35,189 nucleotides of DNA from positions 1,678 to 36,866 of the forward strand of contig CAYNDN010000002.1 of assembly GCA_964395075.1 (NCBI GenBank). Reading direction: 5' to 3'. The stretch is from an uncultured Lentimicrobiaceae bacterium. Its GTDB lineage: Bacteria > Bacteroidota > Bacteroidia > Bacteroidales > 4484-276. The translations under genes were made by a program, and so were the position numbers. This document shows, piece by piece, positions 19,801 through 26,754 of this stretch. How positions within the stretch are numbered: the stretch's first letter is position 1; each line of letters begins with the position of its first letter. The notes under the pieces are model-generated. The model was not told the origin of the DNA, ran no database searches, and was given only the letters and a program-made list of their open reading frames with translations.

Positions 19801-22800
19801 GGGATGAATGGAACACCATTATGCTTGATGCAATGCATACAATTGATGCATCACAGGAACTCTGGATTGGATTCCACGTTGTGCATGCAGATGGTGAATA
19901 TCCATTAGGATATGATGAAGGCCCTGCTGTAGCCGGATATGGTGATATGGTTTCATTTGATGGTGTGGACTTCGTTTCGATGGCCAATGAATACTCTATC
20001 GATAACAACTTCAACCTCCATGCTTTTGTTGCCGAAGAAACTGATGGTGTTATCAGCAACAAGCAGCCATTACCAATGCCTGGTGCAACTGTAACAAACA
20101 CTGAACTTGCTACTACCGAATTAAGGCCCACTGAAGCCCCAACTAACAGCAGGGGTTTTGTTGGTATTAATATATACAGGGATGGCATGGTCGTAAATGC
20201 TGATCCCGTTGCTCCCGGAGTGCAGGCTTACACAGATGCTTTCTTTGAGAATGGAACATACATGTATTATGCAACTGCTGTTTATGATGACGGCGAATCT
20301 GTTCCAACTGCAATGGTTGAAGTAACCATCGACATGGGTGCCGGTCCTGAAATTTCAGTAACTCCGGAATCGATGTATGAAACACATGTTGTACCTCCTG
20401 CACAGCAAACCACACAGGAACTCATGATTACCAACACCGGTACAGAAACACTGGATTGGGAAATTGAACTTGATCTTGGCAGAGGTGCCGAGCCAACCAT
20501 GACTCCAATGGATCCGGCAGAATATCAGCAATTGCTCAATGAGCGTATGCTTGCTGAAGGTGTTGCCCTTCCAAGTACAGGTCTTGCACCAAGAGGTTCT
20601 TATGAGCCATTGACAGGTGCAACAGGTAATCCGCTCAACACACGCGAAACATTCTATGCATACAATGCGTATGATCCAAGTGGTGCTTTGGCTGAAGGCC
20701 CGGCATACTTCGATAGCGAAACTCCTGGTGTTATTACCCAACTTGCGCCAACCACAAGTAGCGACTTTATCGCTGGTGGTTGCTGGGCAGCCGACGTATG
20801 GTGGGGTGTTCAGTATGGTGGTGGCCTTTACACCATCGATAACGAAACCGGTGACATGACATTTGTAGGTAATAGCCCTGACTGCAGTGGCCTTGCTTTT
20901 GACGGAACAACTGTTTATGGTGCTTCAATTACCGACCTCTATGAAATTGATCCTGCAACAGGACAAGGTACAATGATCGGTTCAATGGGTAACCCAAGTG
21001 GCCTGATGATTGCCATTGCTTGTGATGCCAATGGCGACCTTTATGGTTTTGATATTGGTGACGATACATTCTACAGCATTGATAAAGGAACCGGCGCAGC
21101 TACAGCTATTGGCGTAATGGGTCCGAACTTTAACTATGCTCAGGATATGGCATTCGATAAGGATAATGATGTATGTTACCTGGCCGGATATACCACTGCT
21201 GGTGGCCTCTACACTGTTGATGTAGCTACCGGTGCTGCCACACTCGTTGGAGAATTCCAGGGCGGTGCTGAAATGACTGCAATGGCTATTCCTTATGCAG
21301 GTGTAACTTACGAAAATGACATCAGCCTTTCTTCCATTGTTTCTCCTGTAACCGGCGTTGAACTCTCCGCTGCAGAAGATGTGATCATTAAAATTAAGAA
21401 TAATGGTACAGCTCCTCAGTCAGGTTTTGATTGGGAAGTTACATGGGATGGCCCAACAGGCCCCGGATCATATAGTGGTGTTTACAGCGAAACGCTTGCC
21501 GCCGGTGAATCGGTTGAAGCAAATGTTGGAACTGCTGACCTCTCAGTTTATGGTGATTATACTTTTGAAGCTTGTGTAACACTTGTTGGTGATGAAAATC
21601 CGGATAATGACTGCAAAACCAAAATGGTTACCAACAACGAGCCAAGTCTCTGTATTGATGGTCTCTATACATCAGGTTGTGGATTTGGCGACGGTCTGAT
21701 CTCATGGAACTTTGCTAACGTTGATGTTCCTGATATCCCATGTTCTGGTACACCGGAATGGTATCATGATTATACAGATATGGTTCATGCATTTGACGCT
21801 GGTGAAACCTATACACTGACCGTTGTTGCCGGTTACGCATCAACCAACTTTGATGTTTGGATCGACTGGAACGATGATCTTGACCTCACCGATGATGAAA
21901 TTATCCTTAACGATGGTGCTTGTACTGATGCCAACGTACCTTATACATTTGAAGTTACTATTCCGGCAGATGCTCCTGGTGGAGACCATATCCTGAGGTT
22001 TAGGACCAACTGGATTGATCCTGTTTTGGATGCCTGTGAAACTTACTCTTATGGTAACTGCTGCGATTTCAAAGCCAATGCAGGTGGTGGACAACCAAGT
22101 GAATGGCTCTCTGTTGATATGATGAGCGGTTCTGTAGAACCTGGTGATACACAAACTGTGATGGTTATGTTTGATTCTGAAGGCCTTGATCTTGGATTGT
22201 ACGAAGGTATGGCTATGGTAACAAGCAACGCAACAAATACCCCAACTGTTGAAGTATCTTGCACACTCGACGTTACTGATGAGCAGCTACCGGTTGCTAT
22301 TGAAGTTGATCCGGAATCACTCACAGAAACACATACAATTCCCGGTCCTCAGGTAACAACTCAGGAAGTTACCATTACCAATACAGGTGAAACCGATGAT
22401 CTGGATTGGGAAATTGCCGTTGATCTTGGTACTTCACCAAGCCAGCACATGGACGCCGAAGAATACGCACGTTTACTCGAAGAACGTCAGGCTTATGAAG
22501 GACAACCTGCCAATGACGTTCAATATGGAGTAACTCCGGGTTATAACGTAACAGGTGGAAACCACTACAGCAAGTTCCAGGTTTCAGACGGAACACGTGA
22601 TGTACTTTATGACAATGGTCCATTCATCACTGCTGAAGGTGTTGGTTCTAACGGATCAGACTACAGTGAGTTGCAGGATGCATCTCTTGGAATGGGAACC
22701 TATGGTTCAGGTGTACAGCTGAGTGCAGGAAACTCACTTGCTGACGAATTTGAAGTAACCGGAACATGGATCGTAAACAGCATTACTGTTTATGGTTATC

Positions 22801-25800
22801 AAACTGGTTCAGGTCCGCCATCAACACTTACCGGTGTTTACATGCAAATTTGGGATGGTAACCCAACATCTGGCGGATCAGTTATTTGGGGTGACCTCAC
22901 AACCAACATCATGTCCTCAACAGAATGGACAAACGTATGGCGTGTGCTGGAATCAGGCCCAACAGAAAATCGTCCGATTATGCAGGTTGTTGCTGACCTC
23001 GGTGGGTTAGCATTGAATGCCGGCACATACTGGATTGAGTACTCACTGGATGGTACAGGTGCTTCAGGCCCGTGGAACCCACCGGTAACGATTGTAGGCG
23101 AAACCACAACAGGTAATGCACTGCAAAATCAATCAGGTACTTGGGTAGCTCTTGAAGATGTTGGCCCACAGGGTATTCCTTTCATTGTTGAAGGTTTTGA
23201 AGGACAGCAGCCAGGTGATGACGTTAGCATCTCAGCTATTGTTGAACCCATGTCAGGTGTTGAACTTGGATCAGCTGAACCAATTACAATCACACTGAAG
23301 AACAATGGTACCAATGCACAAACAAGTATCCCATGGGAAGTTTCTTATGACGGCCCAACAGGCATGGAAACTTTCTCAGGTACATGGACAGGTAACCTTG
23401 CTTCAGGCGAAAGCCTTGACGTTACACTCGCTGAAACAGCTGACCTCTCAGCTTTTGGTGATTATGATTTCGAAGCCTGTACCATGCTTCCAGGCGATGA
23501 GTATCCTGATAATGATTGCAAAACCAAAACTGTTACCAACGATGAACCAAGCCTCTGTGTTGATAACCTCTACACATCAGGTTGTGGATTTGGTGATGGG
23601 CTGATCTCATGGAACTTTGCTAACATCGATGTTCCGGATATCCCATGTTCAGGTACTCCTGAATGGTATCATGACTACACTGATATGGTACACGAATTTA
23701 ACGCCGGTGAAACATATACACTTACTGTTGTTGCCGGTTATGCCACTACAAACTTTGATGTATGGATCGACTGGAATGACGACCTCCTCCTCACCGATGA
23801 CGAACTCATCCTTGATGATGGTGCTTGTGCTGATGCCAACGTGCCTTACACATTTGAAGTTACTATTCCTTCAAGTGCAACAGGTGGCGACCATATCCTG
23901 AGGTTCAGAACAAACTGGATTGATCCTGTTGTTGATCCTTGCGAAACATACAGCTATGGTAACTGCTGCGATTTCAAAGCTAACGCTGGCGGTGGCTCAG
24001 GTGGAGACGACTGGTTGTCAGTTGATATGATGAGCGGCTCACTGAGTCCCGGTCAATCTGAAACTGTAACTGTTACCTTCAACTCCGAAGATCTTGCTGT
24101 TGGCGTTTACAATGGTGCACTCATGATTACAAGTAATGCACAAAACAACCCAATGGTTGAAGTTCCTTGTACCCTTACCGTTGAGGAAGAAGGTGGTAAC
24201 ACTGTAGTATTCGAACCATTCGAAGACTATGTTGCTGATGACTATCTGGTTGCACAAGCTATTGCTCAGGGTAAAGAATACTGGACAACCTGGAGCGAAT
24301 CACCAGGTGGTGCAGAAGACCCATTTGTTAAAGATGACCAGGCTTATGAAGGGTCAAACTCTATGGTGATAGAAGGCACAAACGATGCTGTACTGATCAT
24401 GCCTGAAAATTATAGCTCAGGGCAGTTTAACATCGACTTTATGGTTTACATCCCAACAGGCAAGATTGGATACTTCAACGCTCTCCAGTTATTTGCTGGT
24501 ACTGCTAGTGAATGGGGTATGCAAGCATACTTTGATGTTGGAGGTGCTGGTTTGGTTGATGCCGGTGGTGCAGGTGCAGGTGCTTTCACCTATACTTACG
24601 ACACATGGCACAATGTGGAAATGATGATCGACCTCGACGCTGACAATGCAGAAATGTATTTCAATGGCGACATGATCGTTCAATGGCAGTGGAGTACCGG
24701 TTCATTCGGTACAGGTACACTCAATGAGTTCCACGCTATGAACTTCTATGCATGGGCTGAAAACGGTACACCAGGTGCTTACTTCGATAATATTGATATC
24801 ACAAAAGATGGTGGCGGTGAATTGCCAGATCCACCAATCAACTTTGTTGGTACCGATAGTGGTTCAGATGCATTGCTTTCATGGGAATATCCAGGCATAT
24901 TCGAACCAACCTGGATTACATATTCTGGTGAAGAGATCACCAACTCAATAGGTACAAACGCCGCTGCAAACTTTGATGTTGCTGCACGTTGGGAACCTGC
25001 TGATCTCACCGGATTTGAAAATGGTGCAGTAACCAAGATCAACTTTGTTCCTGGTGAACCTGGCGACATTTGTACATACACATTAAAAGTATGGCAAGGT
25101 GCCGGCAACCCAACACTGATTTATGAGCAGGAACTTACAGAAGTTGTTGCTGATGTGTGGAATGAAGTTACTCTGGATACTCCGGTTCCGTTTGATAATA
25201 CCCAGGAGCTCTGGATCGGTTTCAACAACAACACTACCGCAGGATTCCCCGCCGGATGTGATGATGGTCCACAGGATGAAGGCCTCGGTAACATGATGTT
25301 CTGGGAAGGTTCATGGGTAACCCTCACATCACTCAACCCGGATCTGATTTACAACTGGGCTGTTCAGGGTTACATCGAATTTGCCGGTGATGCTGAAGCA
25401 TTGCTGCCTATCGAAGGTGAACCTGTGGTAGTTGAAAACGAAGGAGATCTTGCATTGAATCCTGTTAAGATCACACCTCCGGCTATATTCATACCAGAAT
25501 CAGCAAGATCACTTACCTTCAACGTTTATCGTGATGGTGTAAAAATTGCTGAAGAAATTACCGGATTATCATACATTGATTCCGACCTCAATGCTGGTAC
25601 TTATGTTTATTATGCTACTGCTGTTGTTGATGATGTGGAATCTAATCCTTCAAATGAAGCAACAGTTGTAATTACAAGCATCAACGAACTCGCTGCTTCT
25701 TCATTCAAGGTATATCCTAACCCAACAAACGGCGTTGTAAATATCGAATCCGACCTCGAGCTGAAATCAGTTAAACTGGTTAACCTCACCGGACAGGTTG

Positions 25801-25925
25801 TTTACAGTGCACCGGTTAACGGTTCAACAATTCAGTTCAATGCAAGTGAATTCACCACAGGTGTTTACACACTGCAAATCGAAACTGAGGTTGGCGTTGC
25901 AGTACACAAGCTGATTATTCAGTAA
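16869..25925 (+). CDS. Giant modular secreted protein 1 (3018 aa), T9SS cargo. Module order: SP-A-B-C-B-E-D-F-G-E-B-C-H-G-A-B-C-H-I-D'-F-CTD
   Basis: It is one uninterrupted 9057-nt ORF. The signal peptide is MKQITSLWLLMFFFASTALFAQ. It contains CARDB-like, GEVED-like, propeller-like, Fn3-like, Ig-like and LamG-like modules and a type-A T9SS sorting domain at the C-terminus. Confidence 0.9.
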   Translation: MKQITSLWLLMFFFASTALFAQTASTGLAKQAANPDLDQQKMEMMQNLNAETQPGVLPGVNQTNGNHYSKFQGPNGTRDVLYDNGPFVTAEGVGSNGTDYSELQDASLGMGTYGSGVQLSAGNSLADEFEVTGTWIVNSITVYGYQTGSGPPSTLTGVYMQIWDGDPTAGGSVIWGDLTTNIMESTEWTNAWRVLESGPTENRPIMAAVAEIGGEVFNAGTYWIEYSLDGSGASGPWNPPVTIVGETTTGNALQNQSGTWVALEDVGPQGIPFVVEGFEGQPPANDVSISAIVEPVSGVDLTAAEPVTITIKNNGTDEQSDIPYEVTWDGPTGTQTVSGTFAGPLASGATEDVTLAETADLSAYGTYDFEACTMLAGDEYPDNDCKTKTVTNDEPSLCIENLYTSGCGFGDGLISWSLENIEVPDIPCSGTPEWYHDYTDQVHNLPPGDYDLTVVAGYGSTYFDVWIDFNDDLLLTDDELVLDDAVCTDANVPYVFTVSVPSGAAPGQHVLRFRTNWIDPVLDPCETYSYGNCCDFSALIGDAPANDVGVTSIDMATFYEPGMVTPMATVKNFGTDTQTFDVTLTIDGYSSTMNVAGLASGATEQVTFDDWNATEGSFTAEACTDLSGDENPNNDCKTLGITVMEGQFVYAYNAYDPSGALVEGPVSFDLALPGMVNLIAPTTSTDFIAGGCWAADTWWGVQYGGGLYTIDTETGDMTLVGSSPDCSGLAFDGSTVYGASITDLYTIDPATGQGTMIGPMGNTGALMIGIGCDAAGNLYGFDIGDDNFYSIDKVTGAATLVGSTGQNFNYAQDMSFDKANDVCYLSGYTTTGGLYTVDVATGAATLLGEFQGGAEITGFAIPGAGLPPAGPPPTAFDANFFEGSGVETEWIDPQEMGTWIGYDDGENVGGLGLNGGGEYWAAIRWEPADLTPFDGQYITKFQFFPSLFAVEADITFMIWEGADAATMVYEQVLSNLDWDEWNTIMLDAMHTIDASQELWIGFHVVHADGEYPLGYDEGPAVAGYGDMVSFDGVDFVSMANEYSIDNNFNLHAFVAEETDGVISNKQPLPMPGATVTNTELATTELRPTEAPTNSRGFVGINIYRDGMVVNADPVAPGVQAYTDAFFENGTYMYYATAVYDDGESVPTAMVEVTIDMGAGPEISVTPESMYETHVVPPAQQTTQELMITNTGTETLDWEIELDLGRGAEPTMTPMDPAEYQQLLNERMLAEGVALPSTGLAPRGSYEPLTGATGNPLNTRETFYAYNAYDPSGALAEGPAYFDSETPGVITQLAPTTSSDFIAGGCWAADVWWGVQYGGGLYTIDNETGDMTFVGNSPDCSGLAFDGTTVYGASITDLYEIDPATGQGTMIGSMGNPSGLMIAIACDANGDLYGFDIGDDTFYSIDKGTGAATAIGVMGPNFNYAQDMAFDKDNDVCYLAGYTTAGGLYTVDVATGAATLVGEFQGGAEMTAMAIPYAGVTYENDISLSSIVSPVTGVELSAAEDVIIKIKNNGTAPQSGFDWEVTWDGPTGPGSYSGVYSETLAAGESVEANVGTADLSVYGDYTFEACVTLVGDENPDNDCKTKMVTNNEPSLCIDGLYTSGCGFGDGLISWNFANVDVPDIPCSGTPEWYHDYTDMVHAFDAGETYTLTVVAGYASTNFDVWIDWNDDLDLTDDEIILNDGACTDANVPYTFEVTIPADAPGGDHILRFRTNWIDPVLDACETYSYGNCCDFKANAGGGQPSEWLSVDMMSGSVEPGDTQTVMVMFDSEGLDLGLYEGMAMVTSNATNTPTVEVSCTLDVTDEQLPVAIEVDPESLTETHTIPGPQVTTQEVTITNTGETDDLDWEIAVDLGTSPSQHMDAEEYARLLEERQAYEGQPANDVQYGVTPGYNVTGGNHYSKFQVSDGTRDVLYDNGPFITAEGVGSNGSDYSELQDASLGMGTYGSGVQLSAGNSLADEFEVTGTWIVNSITVYGYQTGSGPPSTLTGVYMQIWDGNPTSGGSVIWGDLTTNIMSSTEWTNVWRVLESGPTENRPIMQVVADLGGLALNAGTYWIEYSLDGTGASGPWNPPVTIVGETTTGNALQNQSGTWVALEDVGPQGIPFIVEGFEGQQPGDDVSISAIVEPMSGVELGSAEPITITLKNNGTNAQTSIPWEVSYDGPTGMETFSGTWTGNLASGESLDVTLAETADLSAFGDYDFEACTMLPGDEYPDNDCKTKTVTNDEPSLCVDNLYTSGCGFGDGLISWNFANIDVPDIPCSGTPEWYHDYTDMVHEFNAGETYTLTVVAGYATTNFDVWIDWNDDLLLTDDELILDDGACADANVPYTFEVTIPSSATGGDHILRFRTNWIDPVVDPCETYSYGNCCDFKANAGGGSGGDDWLSVDMMSGSLSPGQSETVTVTFNSEDLAVGVYNGALMITSNAQNNPMVEVPCTLTVEEEGGNTVVFEPFEDYVADDYLVAQAIAQGKEYWTTWSESPGGAEDPFVKDDQAYEGSNSMVIEGTNDAVLIMPENYSSGQFNIDFMVYIPTGKIGYFNALQLFAGTASEWGMQAYFDVGGAGLVDAGGAGAGAFTYTYDTWHNVEMMIDLDADNAEMYFNGDMIVQWQWSTGSFGTGTLNEFHAMNFYAWAENGTPGAYFDNIDITKDGGGELPDPPINFVGTDSGSDALLSWEYPGIFEPTWITYSGEEITNSIGTNAAANFDVAARWEPADLTGFENGAVTKINFVPGEPGDICTYTLKVWQGAGNPTLIYEQELTEVVADVWNEVTLDTPVPFDNTQELWIGFNNNTTAGFPAGCDDGPQDEGLGNMMFWEGSWVTLTSLNPDLIYNWAVQGYIEFAGDAEALLPIEGEPVVVENEGDLALNPVKITPPAIFIPESARSLTFNVYRDGVKIAEEITGLSYIDSDLNAGTYVYYATAVVDDVESNPSNEATVVITSINELAASSFKVYPNPTNGVVNIESDLELKSVKLVNLTGQVVYSAPVNGSTIQFNASEFTTGVYTLQIETEVGVAVHKLIIQ
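17058..18480 (+). repeat. A-B-C module block, copy 1 (gene 1)
   Basis: It is collinear with 22554..23976 at a constant offset of 5496 nt, and with 27026..28445 in gene 2. Confidence 0.85.
18807..19462 (+). repeat. E module (propeller-like, four LY-ID--TG--T-VG repeats), copy 1
   Basis: QFVYAYNAYDPSGALVEGP...LYTVDVATGAATLLGEFQGGAEITGFAIPGAG. It is repeated at 20649..21303 (offset 1842 nt) and at 28769..29420 in gene 2. Confidence 0.8.
20649..21303 (+). repeat. E module, copy 2 (gene 1)
   Basis: TFYAYNAYDPSGALAEGP...LYTVDVATGAATLVGEFQGGAEMTAMAIPYAG. Long stretches are amino-acid identical to copy 1. Confidence 0.8.
22554..23976 (+). repeat. A-B-C module block, copy 2 (gene 1)
   Basis: Landmarks are shifted by exactly 5496 nt relative to copy 1: 17064/22560, 17721/23217 and 18045/23541. 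The A part is about 90% nucleotide-identical by eye. Confidence 0.85.
25678..25922 (+). other. Type-A T9SS C-terminal sorting domain of gene 1
   Basis: FKVYPNPTNGVVNIESDLELKSVKLVNLTGQVVYS...FTTGVYTLQIETEVGVAVHKLIIQ matches the Por secretion CTD pattern (YPNP ... G..V ... GVY.L.I ... K.I.). Confidence 0.85.
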
Positions 25926-25946
25926 TCCTTAATTGGAACACAATAG

Positions 25947-25979
25947 AAAAAGGGAGCCCATCGGGTTCCCTTTTTTTTT
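25947..25979 (+). terminator. Rho-independent terminator of gene 1
   Basis: GGGAGCCC-atc-GGGTTCCC (8-bp stem with one G.U pair) is followed by T9. It lies 27 nt after the stop. Confidence 0.85.
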
Positions 25980-26020
25980 GTGCTTAAATTCTCAGGTACC
26001 ATTTCGATTTTCAATTTAGG

Positions 26021-26103
26021 AAACCTAACAGGTCTGCTACCCAAATCCTGGTATTTGAATGCAAGGCGTAATAAACTTTTCTGATTATTAACCTGTTAGG
26101 TTT
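26021..26103. repeat. 83-bp element bounded by a perfect 13-bp inverted repeat (AAACCTAACAGGT ... ACCTGTTAGGTTT)
   Basis: The arms at 26021-26033 and 26091-26103 are exact reverse complements, with a 57-bp interior. Confidence 0.6.
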
Positions 26104-26265
26104 ATTTTCCGGAACGCTGACAGGGTTCCGAACCATGTCAGAGTTTGTTTGTCTAAGACTCCATAGGAGTCAAATATCTATAAAAGAGATGTTTTAGTTG
26201 TTAATCAACGATCCCGGCGTGGGTCGAATAATCCCCTGGTGGCTTAAAGACCTAACCACAGAATT

Positions 26266-26302
26266 TTTGCATTTCACTAATCAATATATTAACTTTACAC
26301 CC
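26266..26302 (+). promoter_or_regulatory. Orphan copy of the giant-gene promoter cassette (TTTG-N20-TAACTTTA-CACCC), facing palindromic unit U1
   Basis: TTTGCATTTCACTAATCAATATATTAACTTTACACCC aligns with the cassettes at 26755 and 33579. The U1 left arm starts 9 nt after the -7 box. Confidence 0.4.
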
Positions 26303-26305
26303 ATT

Positions 26306-26398
26306 AAACTGTCAGACAGTTTTTGCTATTCCTAAAAAATCAAATTTACACAGATATTTCATGTATTCTTTAAGGGTCATATAAACTGTCTGACAGTT
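26306..26398. repeat. Palindrome-bounded unit U1 (93 bp)
   Basis: The left arm is AAACTGTCAGACAGTTT (26306-26322) and the right arm is AAACTGTCTGACAGTT (26383-26398). It is nearly identical to U2. Confidence 0.9.
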
Positions 26399-26435
26399 AA
26401 TTCTGACTAACAACACTAAAAATTGAAATGCACCA

Positions 26436-26473
26436 GGAAAAATGAAAAGTACAGACGCCCAATTTGGGCGTCT
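26436..26473 (-). terminator. Strong hairpin AGACGCCC-aattt-GGGCGTCT with a T-rich tail on the minus strand
   Basis: The perfect 8-bp GC-rich stem spans 26453-26473. Minus-strand downstream sequence is GTACTTTTCATTTTTCC. It lies 12 nt after the end of the frameshifted small ORF. Confidence 0.55.
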
Positions 26474-26484
26474 CTACGGATGCC

Positions 26485-26614
26485 TCATTCGTTAAAGAAA
26501 TGCATACGTAATTGCCAGAATAAAGAAATTTCCACACAATTATTGGAATTCACTATGCTCAGCAATTATTCGATAAGCCTCTTCCTCCCAAATCCTTTCA
26601 TTTCTCTTTTTCAT
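26485..26614 (-). pseudogene. Degenerate small ORF (24 codons, then a frame shift, then about 19 codons); possible RelE/ParE-like toxin remnant
   Basis: The minus strand reads MKKRNERIWEEEAYRIIAEHSEFQ* (26614..26540). The adjacent frame continues NNCVEISLFWQLRMHFFNE* and ends at 26485, just before the terminator. The YRII...VEI..W..RM pattern loosely recalls RelE/ParE C-terminal halves. Confidence 0.25.
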
Positions 26615-26634
26615 ATAGTAACTTTACACCCATG

Positions 26635-26726
26635 AAACTGTCAGACAGTTTTTGCTATTCCTAAAAAATCAAATTTACACAGATATTTCATGTATTCTTT
26701 AAGGGTCATATACTGTCTGACAGTTT
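26635..26726. repeat. Palindrome-bounded unit U2 (92 bp)
   Basis: The left arm is AAACTGTCAGACAGTTT (26635-26651) and the right arm is ACTGTCTGACAGTTT (26712-26726). It differs from U1 by a 2-nt deletion next to the right arm. Confidence 0.9.
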
Positions 26727-26754
26727 ACACCAATAACTTCTCCCGCCATTAACC

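Noticed and set aside
17037-25336. Many 60-140-aa ORFs in other frames or on the opposite strand inside giant gene 1. The same occurs in gene 2 (27156..32941) and gene 3 (34460..35036).
   Set aside because: They are shadow ORFs of very long, compositionally biased coding regions. Several appear in duplicate only because the underlying DNA is repeated (for example 17296 vs 22792), not because they are conserved genes.
26209-26245. tRNA-like fragment: GGGTCGAATAATCCC resembles a T-arm (GGTTCGAATCC).
   Set aside because: The loop is 9 nt rather than 7. No matching acceptor-stem 5' half, D-arm or anticodon arm can be found in the preceding 80 nt. At most it is a decayed fragment.
26423-26635. 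70-aa plus-strand ORF between U1 and U2.
   Set aside because: It reads through the strong 26453-26473 hairpin and through the degenerate promoter cassette. It has no recognisable motif and no counterpart in the paralogous intergenic region upstream of gene 3.
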